DNA of 64,000 bases from Octopus sinensis (Eukaryota): positions 167,586,001 to 167,650,000 of the forward strand of contig NC_042998.1 in NCBI RefSeq assembly GCF_006345805.1, written 5' to 3'. The translations under genes and the position numbers were made by a program. Below are positions 39,400-52,629 of the stretch, piece after piece. The notes beneath the pieces are model-generated. The model saw only the letters and a program-made list of their open reading frames with translations, did no database searches and had not been told where the DNA came from. How positions within the stretch are numbered: position 1 is the stretch's first letter; every line of letters starts with the position of its first letter.

Positions 39400-39680
39400 A
39401 AGAATTGATGGATCAAGGAATTGATGGATCAACGAACTGATGGATTAACGAATTGGTAGATCAGCGAATTGGTTGCTCTTGTTGTTGTTATTGTTTGGCC
39501 CTAGGTGAGCCCTGACTGAGCAGATGTATGATCAAATGCTTTGAGTAGTGGATCAACGAATTAATGGATCAACGAAATGGCGAACCAGCAAATTGGTGGA
39601 TCAGCGAATTGGTTGCTCTGTTGTCGTTATTTTTTAGCCCTAGGTGAGCCCTGAATGAGCAGACATATGATCAATTGCTT
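39400..39680. repeat. 15-bp minisatellite (GAATTGATGGATCAA-like) inside a ~140-bp tandem duplication
   Basis: Units at 39401-39470 and 39545-39610. The block at 39461-39541 is repeated at 39601-39680. Confidence 0.9.
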
Positions 39681-40044
39681 TCCTGCTATAAACATCTCGA
39701 TTTATGTTCAGATATCATGTATATCACACTACATTATTTATTTTGTTGGTAGGGTATGGTTTGAGAGAGATTTAACTGTCTTCCGTGGGTATCTCGTGGA
39801 TGGACCTTTCATCGGGTTTCTATGTTAGCCTGTTGGAAAACGATTTTTATAATGTTTTTATATACTCTTTAACAAACCGTAAGGGAAACTTTACCAAACT
39901 TCCATTAATATTTCTAGAATCTTTTATATAAATTGCTGGATTTTAAATGCCAAACTCCTGCTGAAATAATTCATGAAGCGAGAATTTTTGTTTAAATAAG
40001 TGTTGTGATCTGAAAGTACCATCGATTTTTTGGTGAGTGTTCTT

Positions 40045-40480
40045 TCTTATCTTTTATCTTTTACTTGTTTCTGTCACTGGACTGTGGCCATTCCAGGGTA
40101 CTGCCACGAAAGATTTATTCGAACGCATCGACACTATTACCTATTTCTAAGCTTGGTACTTATTCTATCGGTATTTTTTGCCGAACCGCTTGGATACAAG
40201 GACGTAAACAAACGCAAACCGGCTGCCAAGACGTATATAAGAATGCAAGAAATGGAAAAGGTCTGTCTTGTTTTCTGTTACTTTCCTGCCAGTTACTTTT
40301 CTGTTAGCGGTCATACTGGAATACCGTTTTGAAGTGTTTAGCCCAAGAAGTCGACTTCAGGACTTCTTTTTAAGTACTATACTTATTCTCTCGAACGTGT
40401 TTGCAGCGGTGTAAGCAAGCTAACACCGATTGTCTAGCAACGGGGGAATAAACACAAAGAAGTAAACACGCACACATATA
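40045..40480 (-). mobile_element. Two adjacent SINE tail copies
   Basis: Both match the reverse complement of the 3444-family tail. Confidence 0.75.
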
Positions 40481-41019
40481 CATACATATATATACGTGCA
40501 CATATGCACCGCCAAAGCAATGCATGACATATATATAATAATAACACGAGGATGGAAGTTGACAATAGTTAATGATATTCCTCAACAAATGTTTCTGCAC
40601 ACGACACCAGCGTTAAGTAGCAATTCTCATATTGATATAACATTATTTAAAATTACTCTTAATAATTATGTATTTGAAGATTTTCTAACAACAGCTCTGT
40701 GTGGTTACCTCATCGAGTGGAAAAAAAAAACTTCTCGGCTTCCACCTGAAGAAGTGTAATCTTAAATTATGTTATATGAATATGAAAATTGCAACTCAAC
40801 ACTACAGTGTGGGGGGGGGGTGCAGAAACATATGATGTGATATACCATTTAAGATTGTCAACTTCAACCGTCATGTTATTATCATTATTTTATTAATCCT
40901 ATGTAAGAAGGAGTTCCACATGAAGACCCGTACGTTGAGTTACGCCAGGATATAATTAACACGTGGTAGCCGACTAGAAGCATAGGAGCATTTAAATACA
41001 CGTTGCAAGGCTTTTTGCC

Positions 41020-41085
<66 letters not shown>

Positions 41086-41283
41086 GACCTTTACATAAAT
41101 AAATAACGTGAATACACGAAGGGACGAACAAAAGACAAACGGGTCATTCAAAGCCTTCATTCTTCAGTCAGAAACTGATCCTTCATCGCAGATTTCGGCT
41201 GATATATATATATATATTATATATACATATATATATATATATGCATGTGTGTGTGTATCTGCTCTCTCTCTCATACACACGCG

Positions 41284-41530
<247 letters not shown>

Positions 41531-41547
41531 TGTATATATAAAGGAGT

Positions 41548-41607
41548 AAGCATTACTGACGAATATTAATTTTTATCCGAAATTAACATGTTAATCTAAT
41601 GTAGCTT
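41548..41607 (+). ncRNA. Type I hammerhead-like motif with 14-nt palindromic stem III
   Basis: CATTA-CTGACGA-ATATTAATTTTTATCC-GAA-ATTAACATGTTAAT-C-TAATG. Confidence 0.65.
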
Positions 41608-42761
41608 GCTTAACGGTGTGGAGATGTTTCCCCCACCCACCTACACATACTCATACACATGATTTATTAAAACACATTTGTCATTAGTATACTTTGCTCT
41701 TTGAATTGGAAATTGGACTGAGATAATTTAGATGACGCTAAGTGTGTTCTTAGAAGCAAGGGCTGAAATTGTAATCACCGAAGAAAAACCGATTTAGACA
41801 GAAGTGATTAATTCCGTAGAATATAAAATGTGAATGGATATTAGGTATTAAAAAAATGTATTAGTATTGAAACGAAACAAATCAAAGACACTGATCTACC
41901 AATAAATAATCCTACATTTCTCTGTTGAGTTTACCGCCATGACATCTGTCATTATTTATTTCAAAAGCTAACAATCACCGAATGTAAGTTCAGTTTCATG
42001 ATACCATCTAATGAAACCATAAGCATAATTTCACGTCAACTTAAAAGTGTCGGTCAACATTATTGCAGTACGTATTGTATATTGGTACCTATTTATATCT
42101 GGCAGTGTGCTTCTATGCAGCATATATTGAGAAAATGATAATCGGCAATGAGTGTATGTGACAATATAGAGCTCTGAAAAGTGATCGGGGTCGTCTAATA
42201 CGTCAGAAATCGTTTTCTTGCATAGATAAATACCCACACAGATTTTTTTAAAAACTCTGTTAAGATATTTTACCCTTATAGGTTCCTTAATCCGGGCGTA
42301 TTCCTTTTAAACAGGTTCACCATGATAGCCTTAGCAGATATACCTACGAGAGCTGTACACGTACTCACACATAGACGTATGGCGCACAACACATATGGAT
42401 GGGACTTACTGAGTTCTCGTATAAACGTACACGCATATGCATACATACGCATGAATACACTTATGAACACATGCATGCATATACATATGCATACACAAAT
42501 TCTTACGCAGATATAACGTGCAGTCTATCTCGCTTAATAACGTGTTCTAAAATAAATTCGATGAATAACAATTATATTCGTAACTAGCTTAAGGTGACCC
42601 GCTCTACGTGCGGGTAAGAGTGTGGTTGTTACTTTCTGTTGCTTCCTTTCTGTTTTTTATCACCACATTGTTCCTCTTTGTTTCTCTCTCCTTTCTCTCT
42701 CACATTCCTACTCTCTTATTCTTCCTTTCTCTCGGACTCTCCCTCGCTTTCTCGTACTCTA

Positions 42762-42882
<121 letters not shown>

Positions 42883-43706
42883 CACTCCCATTTATAAACA
42901 ACAAAAATCTTGAGTAAGCTGAGAGAGAAAATATTTTGAAAGATCAATCATAAATATCAGGCAGTGACAACGGAAAGGTCTGCTTCAAGGCAGACAGAAA
43001 AACACTAACATTTAAAAGGGACAGACGAACTTGCGAGCTGAATAAAAAAAAAATATTGGAAACCAAAGTTTAAAGGGATAGAATCTGAGGATAATAGAGT
43101 CACCATGGCTGGCATTTCTTAACGACGGACAGCAACGTAGTGGCAGTTTAACGGCTGGCGTAAAATTTTGAACTTGATATAAAAAAAAATTCCTAAACAC
43201 CAAGTTTTGAAGTGACTCTTTCTCACGATAGTCGACTCACCAATGCAAGCATTCAAAACTTCTTCATCATGGACGGCAACACATTGAAGATTTAAAAGCT
43301 GGCGCAAATTTTTTAGCTTGATGTAACAGAGAATTCCTAAACACCCGCTCCTGTAAATTTTAATCCCCTTCCAGCCCCATTTAGACCCCTTTCACATTTT
43401 GGTTAATATAACCCGATTTTATCCAGGTCTACTCGGGTCACATTTTATAAGATGAGGAATTTTGTCCTTGAGGTCACGCCTTTCATTTGAGGAAAAAAAT
43501 AGTTGCCATGCAAACTCGCCAGCACTTTTAGGTGTGCATATTTTCAGCTCAACCGACCACATAATGCACACATTACGCATTAAATATATATATATGTACA
43601 TATAGACGCATTATATATATATGTGTGTTTGTGTGTGTGTGTACGCATTATATATATGTGTGTTTGTGTGTGTGTGTACGCATTATATATACAAATGTAT
43701 ACAAAT

Positions 43707-43754
<48 letters not shown>

Positions 43755-43984
43755 ATAATATATATATATATAAATACAGATATATACACTTTGTATATAT
43801 ACATTATATATATATATTTATATATAGAACACACACACACATATATCAATTAACCCAATAAATATCTGATTCATAATATTTGTTCTCATGACTCACATTC
43901 CTACTCTCTTATTCTTCCTTTCTCTCGGACTCTCCCTCGCTTTCTCTTACTCTCTATCTTTCTCTATCTATCTCTCTGCCATTT

Positions 43985-44210
43985 ATATTTCTTTACTACC
44001 CACAAAGGGCTAAACACAGAGGGGACAAACAAGGACAGACAAAGGGATTAAGTCGATTTCATCGAACCCAGTGAGTAACTGGTACTTAATTTATCGACCC
44101 CGAAAGGATGAAAGGCAAAGTCGACCTCGGCGGAATTTGAACTTCGAACGTAACGACAAACGAAATACGGCAAAGCATTTCGCCCGGCATGCTAACGTTT
44201 CTGCCAGCTC
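43985..44210 (-). mobile_element. SINE (21447 family)
   Basis: Near-identical reverse complement of 21447-21680. Confidence 0.92.
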
Positions 44211-44938
44211 TCCCATTTATAAACAACAAAAATCTGGTTGTGGTGTCGATAATAATTCTCTCTATGAATGCAGACAGACGTAGAGAGAGAGAGAGAGAGA
44301 GAGTGGATGTGGAAGAAAGAGTGAAGGCAGCGGGGGAAAGATAGTAGACGTTGTCAAACGACGTTATAGAAAGAAAGTGAAAGGAAGGGAGGAAAGAGAG
44401 AGAGACGGAGGAAGACAAGCAGATAAGAGAATGAGAGGACTTGTCAAAATGTGCGTTTTTTGCCCTGGTAACCACACCTTTTAAGATAGGGATTTCCTCA
44501 CCTCATTTTACATGTCCCTGTAAATTTTGGAGTCAATCCGACGGGATCTAGTGCCCTTTAACCCGTTCCAATGCTAAAACCAGACAAACAAACTTTTCGC
44601 ATTTCAGATTTATAGATATTGATGAGGAGAAAATTTATTGGCTGTGTGGTAAGAAGTTTGCTGCTCAACCAGAACATCTGGGTTCAGATGCACTGCACGA
44701 TATCTCGAAAAAGTAACATCTATTGTAATCCTTGGGCCGACCAAAACCTTGTGAGTGGGTTTGATAGACAGAAAATGCTGAATCATTTACAAACAAACTC
44801 TCATACAAGCAACATGGACTAAAAACTTCTTAACAAAATACAAAGTTGCAATATTTTCACTAAATTAAATGTCATGATTAGCGAAACACGAAACCAGTCG
44901 ACTATTATCATATTCTATCCTTTATAATGTATTAAAAA

Positions 44939-45437
44939 CCAGCTTAAAAACCGCAATCCGTGCGGACTTTCAAGCTAGCTCACGGTCCAAAACTGAAGAG
45001 AACTAACTAAATAGTATGACTATAATACGTCTATAATGACTATATGTCCCGGTGGTGTTTGATCAGAGCTTAAGGACAGATGAGAATAAATTTTGTAATG
45101 CCAGTCGTATTCCAACTGTTGGCTAATTTGTTCCAAAGTTCTTATCACAACATAAAATTAACGAAGCGAATATCATCTGTCTCTCCCTTGATCTCTGACG
45201 TCATCTGACATACGCCAACCAAGATGGCGTGGATCAGCTAAGTTTTACCTGCTAGAAATAGCAACCCAAATGCTTTTCAATCAGATCTCAATGCTGGATG
45301 TTGAAGAACCAAACGAAAGCCAGATTTTCAATCTCGGGATCATCCTGATTCCAAAAAGTTATAATATGTTTATGTAGAGTAAATCAAATAAAGGGGCTCC
45401 GAACGGACAGACAGAATTTGGCTTTTATTAATATATA
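44939..45437 (-). mobile_element. Degenerate non-autonomous Helitron
   Basis: The - strand 5' end is ..TATATTAATAAAAGCCAAATTCTGTCTGTCCG. The 3' end is a CCGCA/TGCGG hairpin with CTAG mutated to CTGG. Confidence 0.45.
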
Positions 45438-45528
45438 TCTATAAATTGTGGGCATTTTCTTTCTTTTATTATATATTTTTTCACTACAACTCATCGCGTG
45501 GGGAAAATCTCAACGAGATTCTTTTTTT

Positions 45529-45615
<87 letters not shown>

Positions 45616-46815
45616 GTGTGTGTGTATGTGTGTGTGTGTGGTGTGTGTGTGTGTGTGTTTGTCCCCAACTACCGCTTGACAACCTGTGTCAATTGGCTTG
45701 CGACTCTATAACTTAGCAGTTTAGTAAAGAGAATAGGTATCAAGCTTCCAAATATAAGTTCTGGGATTGATTCGTTCGGCTAAAATTCTTCAAGGTAGTG
45801 TCCCAGCAAGGCTGCAGTCCAATGACTGAAACAATGAAAAGATAAAATAATAATAGTGCGTTAATGAAAATTATTATCACAAAATGTAAGGGAGACAAAT
45901 TTGAAAGTGTAAGGGAGACAAATTTTCAAAGATGCAATTATGTAAGATAGTGAATTTGTTCTTTGCATGAGATTGTTCCTTTCCTAATATTCTTCTTAGT
46001 ATTGTTGCACTTGATGTCAGTTTGATATATAAAGTAAACTTATGGTTTGGCCAATAATCAAATACAGGTATATCCAATACCATACAACATAATTTTTGTT
46101 TTATTTATGCCTGTGCGCCTTTCGTATTACTGCTACTTGAACTTTGCATGGATGATTTTATTATATCTTTCAGTTTCACTTCCTCTCTTCTATCCCACTG
46201 AGTATAATCTGAGAATCTAGAAGTTTGAGTCAGTTTGTAAAAAAAATCTGATGAAAAGATACTTCAGGAATAAAATAAAATAAAATAAAGAAATACCAAA
46301 ATATTGGTCTACAGATTATATCGTTATTGGGTTTTCGCTGAAAGGAAGAAAGAAAATATTCGGAAAGTTCAATGGTTAGGACACTGTCCGTTTACGAGAG
46401 AAAGCAGTGAAGAAAAGAAAAAAGGACGAAAAACAAAATTTCCGTGTACCTTTCTTTTCTTTTCTTCTCGTCTCTGCTTTTTATATGAAAACGACCAAAT
46501 ATTTTGTTTTGTGCTGTATTTGTTTCGGTTCGTTGGATTGCGGCCATACTAGAGCATCGCCTGGAAGAATTTTAGTCAAACAAATCAGTCCTTGTACTTA
46601 TTTTATAAGATTAGTGCTTAGTCTACCGCCATCTTTTACCTAGCCGCTAAGTTACGTGACGTAATAATCAAACCAACACCAAATGCCTAGCGGTGTGGGA
46701 CAAAAACGTAAACAAACAAATACACGCGCGCGCACATATACAAGAGGCGGTAAGTTGTTGGTGACAAGTATAAACGCAAGCCAATTAACACAGGTTGTCA
46801 AGCGGTAGTTGGGGA

Positions 46816-46850
<35 letters not shown>

Positions 46851-46913
46851 CATATAGATACATTCACCCCACCCCTACATATACACATACGATGGGTTTC
46901 CCACCAAATTCGA

Positions 46914-47663
46914 ATACGAAGCCCAGTATACCCATCATGACTACCCGTCTGATAAGGGTACACTAGGCACATGCATCACAACCATATGTGCGCGGCATGG
47001 TGATCTCCAATCAAGATAAACAGCACATGACCTTGCAGGTGGGGCCCAGTTAGAATTTTCTTCTAGTCGAGTAACCCATCCCGCTCAAAATATTATTATT
47101 ATTATTATTGAGTGAGCAAGCAGAGCATGCCATCAAAGTGACACTGGGGTAAAATATACGAAGCCCAGTATACCCATCATGACTACCCGTCTGATAAGGG
47201 TACACCAGGCACATGCATCACAACCATATGTGCGCGACATGGTGATCTCATATCAAGATAAACAGCACATGACCTTGCAGGTGGAGCCCAGTTAGAATTT
47301 TCTTCAGATCGAGTAACCCATCCCGCTCAAAAGGTCCCTGAATAAGGGTTATTTAAGGACGTTGAACGAAACACCCATGTTTCCAGAGGTGAATTATTCA
47401 AACCCCAAAGAATCCCTCTCAACACATGGCTATGATGCTCCCCCACTACTTCTGCTCGTGATCAGAGATGCACATATCGTCAGCCACTAAGGGACATGCT
47501 CAACTGGTTAAGGTCAAACAACTGACAAGCAAATCTGTGGTATTGAGCAGAATATTTGCTGTAGCCCATCTTTTATACCAAGACAAAACAATGTACATGA
47601 TAACACTTCCAATCAGTTAAGATCAGAAGCCATGAGAGCCACTGCCTGGTACTGCATCAGGGC
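46914..47663. mobile_element. (ATT)n-flanked repeat: partial copy (46914-47090) plus full copy (47110-47663)
   Basis: Near-identical to 5274-5805. (ATT)n at 47091-47109 and 47664-47698. Confidence 0.92.
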
Positions 47664-47698
<35 letters not shown>

Positions 47699-48364
47699 CG
47701 CCATTCTTTCAGCTCACGTATACTCACTTCACAGACGTCTGACGGCTGGCTGACACTGTTCAACACATTAACATTTCTTCTGAGAAAATTATACTGCTAC
47801 ATGCTCCAGTTTGCTTACTGAAAAATAAGTAGGGAAGTAGAAAAAGGAAAAAAAAAAAAGTTAAATTATATTCTCCAAAAAGGACATCTTGACATCACAA
47901 GGGTCAATGATTTTCTCTTCAGCCATGAAATAAAAGGAAGGGTGCTTGTATATGTAAGCACACACACACACACACACACACACATAAACACACATGTATA
48001 TATGTATGATGTATGTAAGTATACATACGTGTGTGTACGCATGTGATTAAATAGCTGCCTGAAGGAATGATTTATTGGCTGAGTTCATAGATATGCATGC
48101 AATACTGAAAGCATTCCTCTTCAAGGCCATATAGTAATTTAGGCCTGAATAATTTAAATGCTGCAATTCCCTAATACACCCGACAGTGGAGTACTGTTAT
48201 ATATAATAATTGACAACACTCCTCCTCACTTTCATTAATTGCTAAACCTAGATCGCATGATCAACAAACTTTTTCTTTTAATATTATTAAGATCTTCCAG
48301 TGTTTTGTTGTTTTTACCTTCATTCGGTTTCTGTTTCTTTTTCTGTGCGATACTTCACTCTCCG

Positions 48365-49205
48365 TTCTCTGGGAGAACCGTATCGAAGAGGCTAACAAGA
48401 GGAAGGGGATCAAAATATGCTGAGCTAGAGAAGCTGATCCGAAGCAATAGGTTGCAGCAAGGTATGATTCCCAACCAGGTGGGCTGTAGAGGATTTGTAG
48501 ACCAGTCCTTCTAAAGAGCTTACAACATACTTGGCATGACAGTAGCAGAAGGCTACCAGCTGGCTGTGGAGGCAGCAAAGATTACTTTAAGGTGGCTGTG
48601 GTATGAGTCATAAAAGGGGCAATGCTAAATGGACACAAACTGAGGCTTGATCAATTCCTGATGGGGATCTTTTCCTTTTGATGGACGGAATTTTCTAGTT
48701 AACTAAACAACTTGAAACTTCGTATACTGGTAGAATGTGTCAAAAGAAAACATTATTGTAAACAAAATTGAAAACAAAATTGTAATTTGTAAGTTTAACG
48801 TAGTTTAATTCTTCGAATTTTAACCAATGAAATGCCAGCATTTGAGCTCAAATCATTTGCTGCGTTATCGATATTGATAAACAAACATAGCAGACGCACG
48901 CCGCATACACACACACACACATATATTCAGATACATACACACGTACACACGTAAATTTGAGCTCAAATGCTGGCATTTCATTGGTTAAAATTCGAAGAAT
49001 TAAACTACGTTAAACTTACAAATTACAATTTTGTTTTCAATTTTGTTTACAATAGTGTTTTCTTTTGACACATTCTACCAGTATACGAAGTTTCAAATTG
49101 TTTAGTTAACTAGAAAATTCCGTCCATCAAAAGGAAAAGATCCCCGGATGGGTTACCTGGATGAGAATGTCTGATATTATAAGACCTGAAACTCCTCTTG
49201 ACCAA
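48365..49205 (+). pseudogene. HERO/R2-group LINE C-terminus and 3' UTR, split by a MITE
   Basis: WENRIEEANKRK/SKYAEL...VGCRGFVDQSF*RAYNILG...EAA....RWLW. The UTR GGACACAAAC..GGCTTGATCAA resumes after the MITE as GGATGGGTTACCTGG..GAG..TGTCTGAT. Confidence 0.8.
48665..49143. mobile_element. Merlin-like MITE with ~190-bp TIRs and 8-bp TSD
   Basis: GGATCTTTTCC...GGAAAAGATCC, with flanks CCTGATGG (48657-48664) and CCGGATGG (49144-49151). The arms are near-perfect. Confidence 0.85.
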
Positions 49206-49454
49206 CAGTGGAAATCGATATGTTGTGTTCTATTGTATTTCTCTTCCATTTTACAACATGCCTCTTTTCCGAACAGTAAACGCACGCCATCTACTCAAAA
49301 TTAATTTTCTCATTAATGGCATTAATATCAAGCACCTCCTCTGTTTAGTTTCGCATGCCTCTGCCCATACACAACATAAAACCATAGATTAATACAATAT
49401 GCTTAACTCATGAATACAAATACACGTAAATATATTTTGTAGCACATAGCTTCT

Positions 49455-49885
49455 GCCCTTTACTTCTTTTACTCATTACACTGCAGCCATACTGGGGCAC
49501 CAGCTTGCAGTATTATTCAGTCGAGCAAATCAATCTCAATTATTTTTTTCTAAGTCTGGTACTTATTATATCGGTCTCTGGTTTTTGGCCAACCGCTATG
49601 GCATGGGGACGTAAACAAACCAACACCAGTTGTCAGGCAGTGACTGGACAAACAAACACAAAGACACGAACAAATATATATACATACATACATACATACA
49701 TACATACATACATGCTTGCATGCATGCATACATACATATATTCGCTTCCACACACTTTTCACCTATTAAATTCATTCACAAGGCTTTGGTCGGCCCGGGA
49801 CAATAGTAGAAGACACTGCCCAAAGTGCTGCGTAGTGATACTGAACCCAATATCAGGTGGTTGCAAAGTGAGCTTCTTAACTATA
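49455..49885 (-). mobile_element. Composite SINE
   Basis: Reverse complement of the 3444 family. Confidence 0.82.
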
Positions 49886-49989
49886 TAGCCATAACTGCAT
49901 GTATTAACAAAGGAATTATACAATTTCGTAAAAAGTTTTGTCATGAATTCCGAGTGTGAAGTTTTTGAAAATAGGAATTTCAAAAGAAG

Positions 49990-50097
49990 TATCTATAAAA
50001 CTAGCTTTTAAGCATCGAATAACTATAGGGGTCCATCAAAGTAACATAGTAATCAAAGGGGTCCATAGATAAAAAAAAATGGTTGAAAACCACTGAT
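49990..50097. mobile_element. hAT-type MITE terminus
   Basis: GGGGTCC...AAAAATGGTTGAAAACCACTG, the reverse complement of a CAGTGGTT.TCAACC end. Confidence 0.55.
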
Positions 50098-50489
50098 CTA
50101 GATAAATAGATTCAGATTAGTTGGGCATGCTGCTCTAAGAACATAAATAAAGACAGTGTTACGAGACACAAGGTAGTCGAGTATTACAACTCATAGTTTT
50201 CAAATTCAAGAGAATGTCAACTGAGACATGGTCATTTGACCTGCTAGAAGTAGCAATGAAATGTCCACTACCTTATCGCCTTTTAAAAGGTTACTAGGTT
50301 AATGCCGTGTTCGATAAACCATGTCAGAAAAGAAAGAAAGAAAGAAAGACAGAAAGACAGAAAGACAGAAAGAAAGAAGCGAGATGGTCATTACTGGTTG
50401 TTCTGGGACATAGGATTGATCTGGGGGTAAATGACAACAATAAAATGAAAGAAATGTAAAGTGTGCTTTTGTTTTTCAGTTTGAAACTG

Positions 50490-50722
50490 TAGGTTAATCA
50501 TGAAAAAACTACGACGACCGGGCCGCATGCGGCTCGTGAGACTTTTTGAATGGCACGCATAAAGAAGAAAAAATTTTTTAGTAGAACAGTATGCGGCTCG
50601 CAGAACTTTCTGAAAGGCACGTCTAACGAAAAATTACCTTGAATATTTTTAGCAGTGCGGCCCTTCTGATGACTAGCCATGTCTCATGAGGCCTCGTATC
50701 TGAAAAGAGATTGCTCATGCCT
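50490..50722. mobile_element. hAT-type MITE fragment
   Basis: Repeated ATGCGGCTCG / GCGGCCC motifs and the terminus AAAAGAGATTGCTCATGCCTG. Confidence 0.55.
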
Positions 50723-51535
50723 GCTTTATGTGAGGACCTAATTTACTTTAGAAATCATAAGAAGCCCTTCACCGGAGCTATCTTTTTTGCTGAAGTTCTT
50801 TCTCATAATTGGAATATGTATCATATGGAAATTGTAAACAAGAGATCCAATTATTAGAAATACAATAAAGATGTAATATTTGCGTGACTTAAAATATATT
50901 ACAGGCAGTATTTGAATAAATCTGCATTGTGACCTCTTCAAAGATAAGCTTATCAAACAGTTTGTTTCGACAGACCTGACTAAATTAGTTTATGGTTCAT
51001 TTTTAAAACCTTGATGTATGACACCTAATATATCTCTGATATCTAATACTTACTCATGACTCATCGCCTGCTGTGACACCTTATACCTAACTTCTTGACA
51101 ACTATTGCTAATCTTTTGTTTCTTTTATTATTCACAGCATAAATAAATATAAATATCAAATCAAAAGCGGAATTTTAAAACAACATTAAGCATCTTTTAC
51201 GGCAGAATTTTAATACGGATCAAGTTTGCGTAATATTTAGTTACGTAAGTAGATTGTGATTATGGCGGCAAATTATCTAGATGGTGACATACTTCTCTTG
51301 CTAGTAACACGGAGACAAAACCATTAGCTTGAAGTCTGTACCTTTTGCTTTTATAAGTAGGGAAAGCATAATTCATTAAACCACATGAAAGTTATTCCTT
51401 GCCACATCACCATAAAATGGTGTTATAAGCTAAAGTCTAAAGTTACACAAAAACAATAAAAGAAAACACACACAAAAACCAAATTCTTGCATATCAAGCC
51501 GTTGAATCCACTCCATTTTTAAAAGCACTAACACC

Positions 51536-52125
51536 TGGTATTGGTCTCAAATTTATGCACAAGACAAGCAATTTTAGGGGAGGAGTAAGTCGATTACATC
51601 GACCCCAGTTTTCAACTGGTACTTATTTTATCGACCCCCGAAAGATAAAGTCGACCTCAGCGGAATTTGAACTCAGAATATAAAGACGGACGAAATGCAG
51701 CTAAGCATTTTTCCCGGCGTGCTAACCATTCTGCCAGCTCGCTTGCTTAAACCTCTTACTGATTTCAAATTTTGGCACAAAGCCAGTTATTTCGGTAGAG
51801 GAGTAAGTCGATTCCATCGACTCCAGTAGTCAACTGGTACTTATTTTATCGATCCCGAAAGGATGAAAGGTAAACTTGATCCCGGAGGAATTTGAACTCA
51901 GAAAGTGAAGACGGAAGAAAGTTGCTAAGCATTTCGCCCGGCGTGCTAACGAGCCTGCCAGCTCGCCACCATCGACCCCAGTACTCAACTGGTACTTATT
52001 TTATCGATCCCGAAAGGATGAAAGGTAAACTTAATCTCGGAGGAATTTGAACTCAGAACGTGAAGATGGACGAAAGTCACTAAGCATTTCGCCCGGTGTG
52101 ATAACGATCCTGCCAGCTCGCCGCC
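51536..52125 (-). mobile_element. Head-to-tail array of three SINE bodies (21447 family)
   Basis: Units end with CTGCCAGCTCG at about 51740, 51965 and 52120. Confidence 0.9.
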
Positions 52126-52157
52126 TTTGAACCAACACCTCATATATGGTGCTATAT

Positions 52158-52629
52158 GAGGCGGTGTATATTTCGTCTGTCACTGTTATTTATGACAACC
52201 CTAACCCTAAAGCCTTAACCCTAATCCTAAAACCCTAACCCTAACCCTGTAACCCTAAAACCCTAACCTGACCCTAAAACCCTAACACCCTAACCCTAAA
52301 ACGCTAATCCTAAAACCTTAAAGCTAAAACCAGTACAAACGCACGAAGAATGTCATGAATAACAGTGACAAACACAAAATACACCGCCGATAGTTGTTGT
52401 TGACAAACAACGGCAGTAATTTCATTCAGCTGAATACATGTCATTGATTGGTTGAAATTACTGAAATACGAGAACTTTAACGTGAAATAACTTCGTAAAT
52501 ATAAGTTTTTGTCAAAAATGCTAAGAGTGAAAGATGTTTTATAAGACACATTCTACCAGTGTCCGAAGTTTGAAAGTGTTTAGTTACAAAAAATTATTTT
52601 TGAAATCTGTCGGTCAAAAGGTAAAGATC
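52158..52629. mobile_element. Partial Merlin-like element with interstitial (CCCTAA)n repeats (52197-52330)
   Basis: The right end ..GACACATTCTACCAGT..CGAAGTTT...TCAAAAGGTAAAGATC is homologous to the arm of 48665-49143. The left end was not found. Confidence 0.65.

Noticed and set aside
39240-39400. Possible - strand LINE 3' relic (RRMGKCKV...VWP)
   Set aside because: Similarity is too weak and short to support.
49163-49197. CTGAT...GAAAC in the HERO-type 3' UTR as an HHR
   Set aside because: The core is CTGATAT and there is no cleavage triplet or stem I; it looks like the ordinary UTR hairpin.
52197-52330. True telomere or chromosome fusion site
   Set aside because: The tract is short, degenerate, single-orientation and embedded in a transposon-like element.
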